Source of the DNA: an uncultured Porphyromonas sp.
Lineage (GTDB): Bacteria > Bacteroidota > Bacteroidia > Bacteroidales > Porphyromonadaceae
Reading direction: 5' to 3' (one strand)
DNA length: 64,000 nucleotides
Assembly (NCBI RefSeq): GCF_900539765.1
Contig: NZ_UQDF01000002.1
Position numbers and translations under genes: made by a program. The notes under the pieces were generated by a model. It searched no databases, was not told the origin of the DNA, and worked only from the letters and a program-made list of their open reading frames with translations. Shown one piece after another: positions 29,091-39,469 of the stretch (position 1 is its first letter; each line of letters opens with the position of its first letter).

Positions 29091-29200
29091 CTCGTTGGGG
29101 GAGGTCTATATCTTCAGCTGAATGACAACAATCATCTGCTGTAGTGCCTCCCTTCGCTATTTAGCCTCTGATATACATACACTAACAAGGTTAGAATACT

Positions 29201-30856
29201 ATGAATAAGCAAATCTATTTGGTCCTTGCGTTGATTTTGTCAACTTGCTTTGGACTAGTCAGTTGTTACCAAGATTGTCCCGATGATGGTGGCGATCCCA
29301 ACAAGAAGGGTCCTAGTAAGGAAGATACGATTCCGATGGGCGAGTACACACCTATCTATGAGCTAGATGCTGACGGCAATCTGAAGCATCTGCCGATCCC
29401 CTTCGTAGACTTTACGGCAGGCGAGCTACCTCTCAAAAAGTGGGAGGCAGACCACGGAGCCGTGCTACAAACGGAGAAGATATCTGAGTTCAAGGACAAA
29501 AAAGTCAAGAGCTACGTCTTCAACACACAGGATAGGAGTGGCAAGCAGCCACTACGCATCTACCTCGTCGGCGATGCGGGTCAGGGCAAACTACAGGTGT
29601 CCACCCTGCTCCTAGACAAAAAGCTTGTCTACACCGAAGATGGCGCCATCAAGCAAGACTTCGACATTATGACCATCAACGATGGCTTTGAGGCACTAGA
29701 CAACAGCTCCAGCAAGACGCCTATGTACCGCAAGGGCAACCTTGTCGTGGGTGTCTCTCTAGCTGACACTCCAGGCTTCGCGCAGCTCTCATTTATCCCG
29801 ATGCCTGGGTCGGTCGCTACGGGCAACTTTGACAAGAGTCTCAAGGACTTCCCCTTCGCCAGCAAGAAGGCTAAGGAGACCTCTCTCGATGAGATCCGCA
29901 AGTATGAGGCTACTCTAGGTCTCAGACAGGAGAAGGCGCAGAGTGACCCCAAGCGTGCCAACTTCATCACGAAGGATAAGCAGAAGGGCAACTTCGACCT
30001 CGTCGCTTACTACCCACAGGGCTACACCTCCAATGGTGACACCTACAAGCCTGGTATCCTAGCACTCAGCTATGCACTCACCATCGATATGATTGAGAGC
30101 AATCCCGATGTTGCCGAGTGGTTTGTACGCAATGGCTTTAGCAAGCCTCAGAAGTCAGACATTAGCGACAAGACCTTCACCAGCGAAAACGACTACTACA
30201 CGCTCCTCATTATGGAGGGTGGTCAGGGTATCGCCTTTAGCTTCTCTGCCAAGGAGGAGGCTCCCACACCCGATCCCGTAGAGGACACCAGCATCTTCCC
30301 CTCCTACAACTTTGGGGAGAAGTTTAACCCCGCCGATGTACCCACCCCAGGGACACCCGCTGGCTCTATATACACCAGTGAGATGGCTAAGGGAGAGAAT
30401 ATCACCTACAACGCTCCTGGAAAAGACGATGATGGCAAGATAGACTATTCCTCTACTTACCTGCAAGTCTTAATTAAAAGCCCTCAAAAAGATTCTTCCG
30501 CCGCCATTAACGGCTATTACTACTACCCCTCCTACGAAGCCACAGAGGCTACGATGCACGTTTACGATAATGGTGGACTAGCCATCAATCACGCTAAGAA
30601 GTTTAAGACGGGCATCGACAAGGAGCTCAAGGCTGTCCTCGAGAAAGCGGGCTACCAATACACTGGTACGGATACAAGTAGTCTAGGCAACGAATATTGG
30701 TACTACTACAACGCCAAGGAGAATGTATCACTACATATAGTGAAGCTCTCGGGGCTAGGATCTTCTACAATGTCTGCATCTTTCTTCTCTGGCGATGACT
30801 ACAAGCCTCAAGCGGGCAAGCAGATCCGCCTGAACACACACTACTTACGTCACTAA
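29201..30856 (+). CDS. hypothetical lipoprotein, 551 aa
   Basis: Lipoprotein signal (MNKQIYLVLALILSTCFGLVSC). No recognisable domain. Asp/Gly/Tyr-rich. Confidence 0.5.
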   Translation: MNKQIYLVLALILSTCFGLVSCYQDCPDDGGDPNKKGPSKEDTIPMGEYTPIYELDADGNLKHLPIPFVDFTAGELPLKKWEADHGAVLQTEKISEFKDKKVKSYVFNTQDRSGKQPLRIYLVGDAGQGKLQVSTLLLDKKLVYTEDGAIKQDFDIMTINDGFEALDNSSSKTPMYRKGNLVVGVSLADTPGFAQLSFIPMPGSVATGNFDKSLKDFPFASKKAKETSLDEIRKYEATLGLRQEKAQSDPKRANFITKDKQKGNFDLVAYYPQGYTSNGDTYKPGILALSYALTIDMIESNPDVAEWFVRNGFSKPQKSDISDKTFTSENDYYTLLIMEGGQGIAFSFSAKEEAPTPDPVEDTSIFPSYNFGEKFNPADVPTPGTPAGSIYTSEMAKGENITYNAPGKDDDGKIDYSSTYLQVLIKSPQKDSSAAINGYYYYPSYEATEATMHVYDNGGLAINHAKKFKTGIDKELKAVLEKAGYQYTGTDTSSLGNEYWYYYNAKENVSLHIVKLSGLGSSTMSASFFSGDDYKPQAGKQIRLNTHYLRH

Positions 30857-30902
30857 GCAGGAGCCTGTCGCCACAGTACGACAGCTCCAGCGCACTAAAC
30901 AG

Positions 30903-30946
30903 AGCAAGAGCCTACTCGCTAATCAGCGGGCAGGCTCTTGTTTTAT
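30903..30946 (+). terminator. Rho-independent terminator downstream of the lipoprotein gene
   Basis: caagagcct actcgctaatcagcgggc aggctcttg followed by ttttat. 9-bp perfect stem plus T-tract. Confidence 0.55.
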
Positions 30947-31025
30947 AGATCAATTGTTTGTGCTAAAGCTTCGTTTGAGCTATTGAGGTCTAACTATTGG
31001 ACTAGCTACGAGGTTGGCTATTAGT

Positions 31026-31922
31026 CTAGCTTTTGGGCTGCGGGACCAAGATGGGTAGTTGCTGCTTTTGGATCGTGATCTCGATACAACGTCCCAGCTC
31101 GATGAGCTCGCCATCGACCTGTGCATAGCCCTCCTCCTCACGCTCTATGATGAGATGGTTGGTGCGGTAGATGTCGATAGAGGCGTTCTCATCCACACGC
31201 TTTGTAAAGAGACTGATGGCCACTTTAGGAGCTTTGAGTAAAGACATATCTCTAATGACCACCACGTCAAAGAGTCCGTCATCTAGCTCGGCATCGGGCG
31301 CTATGATTGCATTATTGCCATACTGATCCGCATTAGCGCAGGTCACAAGAAAAGCTTTCTGCTCGATCACCTCACCATTGAGATGAAGGCGATAGAGCGA
31401 GGACTTGTGCTTGATAAACTGATCGACCGTCGAGAGAACGTAGGAGAGCGGCCCTCGAAAGTTTTTCTGATCATAGCTAGCGGTCACCTGAGCATCAAAG
31501 CCCACGCCGAAGGTCACAAAAAAGGGTACTCCATCGGCCTCGCAACAGTCGATCCGCTTGACATACCCTCGGCGAATAACCTCTAGGGCTGCTTCGGGGT
31601 CTAGCGGTATGTCTAGTGAGCGCGCCAACCCATTGCCCGATCCCATCGGGACGATGCCGAGAGACATATTCGTAGGGCGCACCGCATCGGCTACCTCATT
31701 GATCGTACCATCTCCACCGATCGCGATAACTGTGTCAAACCCTTGACCAGCTATATCCTTGATGATGCGATCGGCATGTCCCTCCCCGTTGGTATAGACG
31801 AAGTATAGCTCACTGTCATTGTCCGAGAGCATATTAAATGCGAGCTCTGGCAAACTCGTCTTCCTAGAGGTGCCAGAGATAGGATTGATGATGACAAGAT
31901 ACTTCTTTTGAGAGCTTAGCAT
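31026..31922 (-). CDS. diacylglycerol-kinase-catalytic-domain lipid kinase (YegS/DgkA-like)
   Basis: ..KKYLVIINPISGTSRK.. and ..IAIGGDGTINEV.. (DAGK_cat GGDG motif). Start set at MLSSQKKY (residue 33 of supplied ORF) to remove the overlap with queF. Confidence 0.75.
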   Translation of the reverse strand: MLSSQKKYLVIINPISGTSRKTSLPELAFNMLSDNDSELYFVYTNGEGHADRIIKDIAGQGFDTVIAIGGDGTINEVADAVRPTNMSLGIVPMGSGNGLARSLDIPLDPEAALEVIRRGYVKRIDCCEADGVPFFVTFGVGFDAQVTASYDQKNFRGPLSYVLSTVDQFIKHKSSLYRLHLNGEVIEQKAFLVTCANADQYGNNAIIAPDAELDDGLFDVVVIRDMSLLKAPKVAISLFTKRVDENASIDIYRTNHLIIEREEEGYAQVDGELIELGRCIEITIQKQQLPILVPQPKS

Positions 31923-31935
31923 ACGACCCAGATCT

Positions 31936-32427
31936 CTAGTGGTGGAAAGCAAGCATACGCTCACGAGCATACGACTCGTAGGGCGTGCCTGGACGACCGT
32001 AATTGCAAAAAGGCACAATGCTGATGCCCCCTCGTGGCGAGAAGTCGCCCGTCACCTCGATATACTTCGGGTTCATCAGACGGATCAGGTCATCCATAAT
32101 GATGTTCACACAATCTTCATGAAAGGCGCCATGCGAGCGAAAGCTAAAGAGATAGAGCTTGAGGCTCTTGCTCTCGACCATACGCACGTCTGGGACATAC
32201 TCTATATATATAGTGGCGAAGTCAGGCTGCCCAGTGATAGGACAGAGTGCTGTAAACTCAGGGCACTCGAAGCGTACGCGATAGTCTCGGTCTTGATGCC
32301 TATTCTCAAAAGCCTCTAGCACACTCGGATCGTAGTCCTGTGCGTAGACGGTGCGCTTATTGCCTAGGAGGGATAGTCCCTCGACAGCTCCGTCACGAGC
32401 TCCCGAGGAAGATATAGTTTCTTTCAT
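31936..32427 (-). CDS. queF: NADPH-dependent 7-cyano-7-deazaguanine reductase
   Basis: ..[23 protein letters not shown].. and ..[21 protein letters not shown].. (QueF Cys motif). 163 aa. Confidence 0.8.
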   Translation of the reverse strand: MKETISSSGARDGAVEGLSLLGNKRTVYAQDYDPSVLEAFENRHQDRDYRVRFECPEFTALCPITGQPDFATIYIEYVPDVRMVESKSLKLYLFSFRSHGAFHEDCVNIIMDDLIRLMNPKYIEVTGDFSPRGGISIVPFCNYGRPGTPYESYARERMLAFHH

Positions 32428-32445
32428 ATTACAGGTTTAGGGTAT

Positions 32446-32482
32446 GATACTAGTGCTACTACACCTCTAGTAGCACTAGTAT
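32446..32482. repeat. perfect inverted repeat TACTAGTGCTACTA-N6-TAGTAGCACTAGTA between queF and PhoH2 genes
   Basis: tactagtgctactacacctctagtagcactagta. Related to the CTAGTGC palindrome at 1589-1628. Positioned as a terminator for the PhoH2 gene. Confidence 0.45.
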
Positions 32483-32490
32483 CTATAGCA

Positions 32491-33927
32491 TTAGAGTAGG
32501 TGTGAAGCCAGCTCACTGAGTTCGCTACGCTCACCCTTGATTAGGTTCACATGTGCGAAGAGCGTCTCGCCACGCATCTTATCGATCATGTAGGCCAGAC
32601 CATTACTTTGGCTGTCTAGATAAAGCGAATCAATCTGCTCCACGTCACCGCAGAAGATCATCTTCGTCCCCTCACCAGCACGTGTGATGATCGTCTTGAC
32701 CTCGTTCGGGGTTAGGTTTTGCGCCTCGTCGACGATCACGATAGCGTCTGCCAGACTACGACCACGCAGATAGGCCAGAGCCTCGATGATGAGCTTATTG
32801 TCCTGCTGCAGCTTCTCCAGCTCAGCCTGCTGCTTGCCACCCTTAAACTGCGACTTGATCACATTCAGGTTGTCAAAGAGGGGCTGCATATAGGGACGTA
32901 TCTTCTCCTGCTCCGTACCTGGCAGAGCGCCAAGATCCTTATTTGAAAGCGCCACAATAGGACGCGCCAGCATGATTTGCCCATAGCGGTCAGCTTGGTC
33001 TAGAGCAGCAGCGAGCGCTAGGAGCGTTTTACCCGTACCAGCCTTACCCGAGAGTGCTACGAGGAGCACGTTGGGGTCCATCAGCACATCGAAGGCAAAA
33101 GCCTGTTCCGCATTTCTAGGCGTGATGCCCATGTGGGTGTACTTGTCCACCCGCTTCACCATCGCCTCAAAGGGATTGTAGCGCGCCAGCACACTGCTCT
33201 GGTCACTCTTGAGGACGAAGCACTCATTCGGCTGTATCTTGTCGCCAAACTCAAATTCATCGAGTGGGACTCCCTGCTCATTGTTGTAGAGACGATTGAT
33301 AAGCTCCACATCGATTCCCTCGAAGACAGGCTGAGCCTCGTCAAAGAGGTCGAAGGTCTGCACCTTATCATTGAAGTAATCCTCGACAGGGATGCCGAGT
33401 GACTTAGCCTTCATACGGAGGTTGATGTCCTTGCTCACGAGGATCGTCTGCTCCCCCTCATTTGCCTCTGCGATGTGCAGTGTGGCACTCAGGATCTTGT
33501 GGTCGGGGATGTTCTCCCCAAAGGCATGCGCCACACGCTCATGAGTCTTATTGCCTAGATAGACGTAGAGACGACCTCTCCCCTCACCTAGATCAACGCC
33601 ATGCTCGAAGAAGTCAGCCCCCGTCAGCTCATCAAGCTTTCGGACGAAGGCACGTGCGTTGAAGTTGATTTGATCGGAGCCTTTCTTAAACTTGTCCAGC
33701 TCCTCGAGTACCACGATGGGGATATAGATATCGTTGTCCTCAAACTTGTCGATACACTCGAAGTCGTGCAAGATGACATTAGTGTCCAGGACAAAGTTCT
33801 TACTGTGCGATACTCTTGGAGCTTTGCTCTTAGCACTGGAGCGGGGCGTTTTCTTTGATTGACTCTTGTTGGTGGTCCCCTCTTGCTCTGTAGTAGCAGA
33901 GGAAGTCTTCTTTTGAGCTGTTGGCAT
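32491..33927 (-). CDS. PhoH2-like protein (PIN domain + PhoH ATPase)
   Basis: PIN motif (FVLDTNVILHD..), Walker A (LSGKAGTGKT) and PhoH family C-terminus. Disordered Lys/Ser-rich N-terminus. Confidence 0.8.
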   Translation of the reverse strand: MPTAQKKTSSATTEQEGTTNKSQSKKTPRSSAKSKAPRVSHSKNFVLDTNVILHDFECIDKFEDNDIYIPIVVLEELDKFKKGSDQINFNARAFVRKLDELTGADFFEHGVDLGEGRGRLYVYLGNKTHERVAHAFGENIPDHKILSATLHIAEANEGEQTILVSKDINLRMKAKSLGIPVEDYFNDKVQTFDLFDEAQPVFEGIDVELINRLYNNEQGVPLDEFEFGDKIQPNECFVLKSDQSSVLARYNPFEAMVKRVDKYTHMGITPRNAEQAFAFDVLMDPNVLLVALSGKAGTGKTLLALAAALDQADRYGQIMLARPIVALSNKDLGALPGTEQEKIRPYMQPLFDNLNVIKSQFKGGKQQAELEKLQQDNKLIIEALAYLRGRSLADAIVIVDEAQNLTPNEVKTIITRAGEGTKMIFCGDVEQIDSLYLDSQSNGLAYMIDKMRGETLFAHVNLIKGERSELSELASHLL

Positions 33928-34139
33928 ATTGGTCTGTTTTTTCTAGTTCATACACGCAAGCTTTGCTTGCTCGTCCCAAAGTTAGCTATTTTGTACCAAA
34001 TGACCAGCATCTAGGGAGAGAGAGTCTTTTGTCTAGAGAGTCAGGGCCTCACTGAGCAAGCGAAAGATGTCGCTGGTTTGAAATATATTTGGTAAGTTTG
34101 TACTATCGAATAAGAACCAATCTAACAACAGAATATTCT

Positions 34140-35891
34140 ATGGCAACTTTATCACCCGAACTAATACAACAGGCACAAGAGCGTGCTAAGCAATGGCTCG
34201 CACCCGCCTTCGACAATGAGACACGTCAGCAAGTAGAGGCTCTACTCGCCGCTGAGGACAAGACACCTCTCGTGGAGGCTTTCTACCAAGTACTAGAGTT
34301 TGGTACGGGCGGTCTGCGCGGCATCATGGGGGCTGGCACCAACCGCATGAATAAATACACCGTCGGCATGGCTACCCAGGGACTCGCCAACTACCTCTTG
34401 CAATGCTTCGCTGGCGAAGAGATCTCCGTAGCTATCGGCTATGACGGGCGCAACAATAGCCCGTTCTTTGCTCAGACGACAGCCGATGTACTCACGGCAA
34501 ACGGTATCAAGGTCTACCTCTACGATGCACTCCGCCCGACCCCTATGGTCTCCTATGCGATTCGTCAGCTGGGCTGCAAGAGCGGTGTCATGGTGACCGC
34601 CTCGCACAACCCCAAGGAGTACAACGGCTACAAGGTCTTCTGGAGCGATGGCGCTCAGATCATAGCCCCACACGACAAGGCTATCGTCAACGAAGTAAAG
34701 AGCATCACGGACATTGACCAAGTGAAGTGGCAGGGCAATCCATCACTCGTTGAGATGATCGGTGCTGAGATGGACGACCGCTTTATCCACGATGTCTGTA
34801 CCCTATCGCTCTCGCCAGAGTCGGTAGAGCGTCATCGTGATATGGGGATCGTCTACACACCTATTCACGGTACAGGCGTGCGCATCGTGCCTCGTACGCT
34901 AGAGGCTTTTGGCTTTAAGAATATCATCCATGTACCCGAGCAAGATGTCACTGATGGTAACTTCCCCACGGTCGTCTCGCCAAATCCTGAGGAGCCTGCA
35001 GCTATGAAGCTGGCTATAGAGCGTGCCGAGGCTACGGGTGCTGACCTAGTCCTAGCGAGTGACCCCGATGGCGACCGCATCGGTGTCGCTGTACGTAACG
35101 AGCAGGGTGAGATGCACCTAATCAATGGTAATCAGATTTGCGCTCTCTTGACCTACTACTCGATAGCTCGTCGCAAGGAGCTGGGCGACTTACGTCCCGA
35201 TGACTTTGTGGTCAAGACGATTGTGACCACGGAGCTGATCCCCGCCATTGCGAAGGACTACGGAGTGGACTATATGGACTGCTACACAGGCTTCAAGTGG
35301 ATCGCCAACGAGATCCGCGAGCAAGAGGGCAAGCGTCGCTACATAGGTGGTGGCGAGGAGAGCTACGGCTACCTCTGGGAGAGCTTCGTACGAGACAAGA
35401 GTTCGGTTTCTGCTTGTGCTATCTTTGCAGAGCTGACCGCTTGGGCTCTAGACAAGGGGCTGACCATTGATATGCTTCTTGAGAAGATCTATTACGAGCA
35501 TGGCTACTTCCTCGAGCAGGGCATCAGCGTGGTACGCAAGGGCATCAAAGGTGCTCAGGAGATAAGCCAGATGATGACCAACTACCGCTCCAACCCGATG
35601 AAGGAGCTGGCGGGCAGTCCCGTGGTGAAGATCCTAGACTATCAGTCGCTCGAGGGTAAGTGCCTCAAGAGTGGCGAGACCTTCCCGATCAAGATGCCTG
35701 CCGCCAGCAATGTGCTACAGTATCATACGGCCGATGGAACGGTTCTCTCCATACGTCCCTCAGGCACGGAGCCTAAGATCAAGTACTACATCGGTGTCAC
35801 CTACAAGCGAGACTCCGATCACACTTGCGACCATCCTGAGCAGCTACTCCGTGATCGCATCAAGGCGATACGTGAGCAACTAAGTATCTAA
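34140..35891 (+). CDS. phosphoglucomutase/phosphomannomutase family protein
   Basis: Active-site Ser loop (..TASHNPKEYNGYK..) and metal-binding loop (..DPDGDR..). Start set at MATLSPELIQQ (residue 18). Confidence 0.85.
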   Translation: MATLSPELIQQAQERAKQWLAPAFDNETRQQVEALLAAEDKTPLVEAFYQVLEFGTGGLRGIMGAGTNRMNKYTVGMATQGLANYLLQCFAGEEISVAIGYDGRNNSPFFAQTTADVLTANGIKVYLYDALRPTPMVSYAIRQLGCKSGVMVTASHNPKEYNGYKVFWSDGAQIIAPHDKAIVNEVKSITDIDQVKWQGNPSLVEMIGAEMDDRFIHDVCTLSLSPESVERHRDMGIVYTPIHGTGVRIVPRTLEAFGFKNIIHVPEQDVTDGNFPTVVSPNPEEPAAMKLAIERAEATGADLVLASDPDGDRIGVAVRNEQGEMHLINGNQICALLTYYSIARRKELGDLRPDDFVVKTIVTTELIPAIAKDYGVDYMDCYTGFKWIANEIREQEGKRRYIGGGEESYGYLWESFVRDKSSVSACAIFAELTAWALDKGLTIDMLLEKIYYEHGYFLEQGISVVRKGIKGAQEISQMMTNYRSNPMKELAGSPVVKILDYQSLEGKCLKSGETFPIKMPAASNVLQYHTADGTVLSIRPSGTEPKIKYYIGVTYKRDSDHTCDHPEQLLRDRIKAIREQLSI

Positions 35892-35912
35892 GAGCTGGTA
35901 CACATCATATAT

Positions 35913-38162
35913 ATGGTTACAGACGATATCTACCAGCTCATCTCTGATCATCAGATCGCCGCAGCCGTCAAGCTACTTGGCGAGCAGATGCAGTCCCAGG
36001 TGCGTATACCCGTAGAGCAGCGTGACCGCTATCACTCGGCAAAGCGCATCCTAGAGACGATGTTGCAATACCTAGAGTCTCCGATACAAGACCCAGAGCT
36101 AGAAGCTAACTACAGCTATCTGCTCCGGACGCTCTACGAGGTGACCGATGCCTTACGAGATACGGAGTGGCTAGCCCAATCGCCTCAATACGAAAAGCAA
36201 GCAAACTACTACTCCCTACTGCTGGACAACGGAGGACTCGCGATGGTTGTCGAGCAACTGACGCTCCAGTCCAACCTCGCCACAGTAGACCGTCCACGCT
36301 ACGACGATCTGGTCAAGAGGCTCACGATGGGACTACTCTACACCCAGGAGTGGAGTGATGAGGTAGCCTCTTCACTAGATCAGCTAGACGACTATGTACA
36401 GCAGGCTACACTCACAGCTGTCACCCTAGCTTTGCTACGCTCGTGGCACTGGGGCAAGCTCTGCTGGCTCCTCGATATGCTCATGAAGACACAAGGCGAG
36501 CAGACGATGGTGCGCATTCGTGCCGTCGTCGGAGTGCTTCTCGTCGGTGAGATATACCATAGTCGCCTACTACTCTACGAGGAGCAGCTCCCCTATACGC
36601 TCCAGCAGGTCGGCGAGGCGATTACCCTCGAGGAGTACGATATGATCTGGAGCCACCGCCTGCGCATGAAGTACACACCACAAGTGGTGGAGTATGTGCA
36701 GAAGCTCTTCGGACGCTTCAACAGTCCTGAGTTTCAGCAACGCTTTCAGGAGATTATCGCCTCGACAGGCGATAGTGAGGGGCCAGCCACCTTCGAGAGT
36801 GTCTTCGGTGATGAGGAGGAGCTACTGCCCCTCGTGGACGACGTACAGGATGGGTACGAAGCGCTGAAGCGTCTCGTGGCACGAGGCTTCGATGTGAATG
36901 CCTTCGCGACTAGCTCGCTCCTACAGGGTCCTTTCTTTGAAGATGAGGCACACTGGCTCATCCCGTTTGATCTACAACACAGTTCGCTGGCAGCTGTGAT
37001 GGCACAGTTTAGCAATGAGTACCAGCTCGGTGAGGATCAGATCATGACGCTACTGCGGGAGTCCATCTTCCAGCAGGTAGACATAGACTTCTACGGTTCT
37101 ATCTTTAGGATTAGCCAGTTGCCTGATCAGGTACTACAAGGCATATCACAGGGCGTCCTAGCTATGGAGAACGTGATCAACCGCACCCCTTACATCCGTC
37201 CACAGGAGCGACGACTACTAGAAGCGGAGGAGTACACAAAAGCACTACAAGGGTACATCTGTCAGCTAGCACGCATCTTCGCTTTTATTGAGTCAAAGGT
37301 GGCAGCTAGGACACCCTTTATAATGCTCTTTGGCAAGCCCAATCCCTTTGCTCAGGCTCAGTCCGAAAAGCTATGTGACAAGCATCTTGACTTGCTACGG
37401 GCCTACTGCGTACAGACGAAGGAGTATGCTGGCGAGCAAACAACTATACAGTTGCAACTCGAACGTACCTCAGATCCTGAGGCTCGTGCTCAGCTCATGT
37501 ACCGCCTCGCACAGACCTACTACGAGGAGGAGAAGTACATGCAGGCTTACTTCGTCATGCAGCAGATCCCGCCACAGCTACTCTCGGGAGACACGAGCCC
37601 GCTCTTTATCGCTCAGATCCTCTACCGCATGGAACAGCCTATGCTCGCCATCTCACTACTAGAGCAGGTGCGCCAGCAGGCAGAGCCTGAGAAGCCTTCA
37701 CTCGCTATCTTACGTCTACTCGGAGTACTCTATGTGAAGCTTCGTATGTACAACAAGGCGCTCCCGCTATTGCTACAATGCGAGTTTGAGGACGATCAGC
37801 ACCCTGACACGCTCTATCCGCTCATCGCTTGGTGCCTCATGATGTTGCAACGATGGGATGAGGCAAAGGCTTACGCCAGTCGCCCCGTCACCTCGTACGA
37901 TCAGCTGGACAAAGACTCTCTGGAGCTTCAATATAAAGAATTTGCACCCCTACTACCAGCTCTCTTGACGCTTATCGGCGGAGACCTACAGGGTACGCTA
38001 CAAGCTTTGGACAAGCTCCTCTCATCGGCAGACGAACAGCAGCAAAAGTGGCTCATCTCCACCTATGGGCAGTGCGTGTACGACCTGCAGCAACTAGGCG
38101 TACCGAGCCATCTGCTGGTGCTAATACATACTTGGCTCCATCAGCGCATCAACACTTTCTAA
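35913..38162 (+). CDS. hypothetical cytoplasmic protein, 749 aa, helical with TPR-like C-terminal region
   Basis: Long ORF with coding-like composition. No signal peptide and no domain recognised. Sits between pgm-family gene and pgk. Confidence 0.5.
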   Translation: MVTDDIYQLISDHQIAAAVKLLGEQMQSQVRIPVEQRDRYHSAKRILETMLQYLESPIQDPELEANYSYLLRTLYEVTDALRDTEWLAQSPQYEKQANYYSLLLDNGGLAMVVEQLTLQSNLATVDRPRYDDLVKRLTMGLLYTQEWSDEVASSLDQLDDYVQQATLTAVTLALLRSWHWGKLCWLLDMLMKTQGEQTMVRIRAVVGVLLVGEIYHSRLLLYEEQLPYTLQQVGEAITLEEYDMIWSHRLRMKYTPQVVEYVQKLFGRFNSPEFQQRFQEIIASTGDSEGPATFESVFGDEEELLPLVDDVQDGYEALKRLVARGFDVNAFATSSLLQGPFFEDEAHWLIPFDLQHSSLAAVMAQFSNEYQLGEDQIMTLLRESIFQQVDIDFYGSIFRISQLPDQVLQGISQGVLAMENVINRTPYIRPQERRLLEAEEYTKALQGYICQLARIFAFIESKVAARTPFIMLFGKPNPFAQAQSEKLCDKHLDLLRAYCVQTKEYAGEQTTIQLQLERTSDPEARAQLMYRLAQTYYEEEKYMQAYFVMQQIPPQLLSGDTSPLFIAQILYRMEQPMLAISLLEQVRQQAEPEKPSLAILRLLGVLYVKLRMYNKALPLLLQCEFEDDQHPDTLYPLIAWCLMMLQRWDEAKAYASRPVTSYDQLDKDSLELQYKEFAPLLPALLTLIGGDLQGTLQALDKLLSSADEQQQKWLISTYGQCVYDLQQLGVPSHLLVLIHTWLHQRINTF

Positions 38163-38197
38163 GTTCATTCACACAGACCAAATACATACTTCTATTC

Positions 38198-39469
38198 ATG
38201 ATAAACATTCATCAGTTCGACTTCTCAGGTCTCCGCGCACTCGTTCGTGTAGACTTCAACGTCCCCTTTGACGACCAGGGGCAGATCACCGACGACACCC
38301 GCATGCGTGCCGCCCTGCCTACACTACGTAAGATCCTATCCGACGGCGGTAGTGTCATCATCGCTACGCACCTTGGTCGCCCCAAGGGTCGTGATCCTAA
38401 GCTCTCTACTGAGCTCATCGTACCGCATCTCAAGGAGCTCACCCACGTACCAGTCATCCACTGCCCTGTGAGCCGTGGAGCTCAGGCACAAGAGATGGCG
38501 CAAGCTCTTCAGCCAGGCGAGATACTAGTCCTGGAAAACGTGCGATTCGAAGAGGAGGAGCAAGGCAAGCTCAACAACCCCGACCAGTACACCAGCGAGG
38601 AGGATCTCAAAGCTGCTAAAGCAGATCTCAAGGAGCGTCAGAAAGCTTACGCCCAGGAGATGGCTGCGCTAGCTGATGTCTATGTCAACGATGCCTTTGG
38701 TGCCGCACACCGAGCACACGCCACGACGGCTCTCATCGCCCAGTACTTTGCCGCAGACAAGAAGATGTTTGGCATGCTTATGCTACAAGAGGTCGAGGCT
38801 GTACAGCGTGTCCTACATGGTGCTAAGCACCCCTTTACCGCTATCTTAGGAGGCTCTAAGGTCTCCTCCAAGATCGATATCATCCTCAACCTGATGGACA
38901 AGGTGGACAATCTTATCATCGGAGGCGGTATGGCCTATACCTTTGTCAAGGCGCAGGGTGGCGAGATCGGTCGCTCCCTCTGTGAAGAAGACAAGATCGA
39001 CGTAGCACGAGACATTATGGAGCGCGCTAAAGCTAAGGGCGTGCGACTGCTCCTACCTGCAGATACGGTCGCCACATGCGACTTTACCAATGATGCTCCT
39101 GCCGACACCTTTCCAACCAATCAGATCCCTGCCGACCGCATGGGTATGGACATAGGCGCTCAGGCCTGTGCTGACTATCGTGAGGTCATCTTGACCAGCA
39201 AGACAATTCTGTGGAATGGTCCTGCGGGGGTCTTTGAGTTTGACAACTTCGCTCGTGGCTCCGAAGCTATCGCCCAGGCTGTAGCTGAGGCTACACGACA
39301 AGGTGCCTACTCGCTCGTCGGTGGTGGTGACAGTGTCGCCTGCATCAATAAGCTCGGTCTAGGCGACGAAGTATCTTACGTATCCACTGGTGGCGGTGCA
39401 CTCCTAGAGGCTATCGAGGGGAAAGCACTCCCAGGCATCGTAGCCATCGACCCCAACTATGGCAAGTAG
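38198..39469 (+). CDS. pgk: phosphoglycerate kinase
   Basis: ..LRALVRVDFNVPFDD.. and ..ATHLGRPKG.. motifs. Start set at MINIHQFDFSG (residue 51 of supplied ORF). Confidence 0.9.
   Translation: MINIHQFDFSGLRALVRVDFNVPFDDQGQITDDTRMRAALPTLRKILSDGGSVIIATHLGRPKGRDPKLSTELIVPHLKELTHVPVIHCPVSRGAQAQEMAQALQPGEILVLENVRFEEEEQGKLNNPDQYTSEEDLKAAKADLKERQKAYAQEMAALADVYVNDAFGAAHRAHATTALIAQYFAADKKMFGMLMLQEVEAVQRVLHGAKHPFTAILGGSKVSSKIDIILNLMDKVDNLIIGGGMAYTFVKAQGGEIGRSLCEEDKIDVARDIMERAKAKGVRLLLPADTVATCDFTNDAPADTFPTNQIPADRMGMDIGAQACADYREVILTSKTILWNGPAGVFEFDNFARGSEAIAQAVAEATRQGAYSLVGGGDSVACINKLGLGDEVSYVSTGGGALLEAIEGKALPGIVAIDPNYGK

Noticed and set aside
38048-38197. N-terminal 50-aa extension of the pgk ORF (MAHLHLWAVRVRPAATRR..) overlapping the end of the upstream 749-aa gene
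   Set aside because: PGK homology begins at MINIHQFDFSGLRALVRVDFNVP. The extension is an in-frame read of the upstream gene's 3' end in another frame. The start was moved to 38198.
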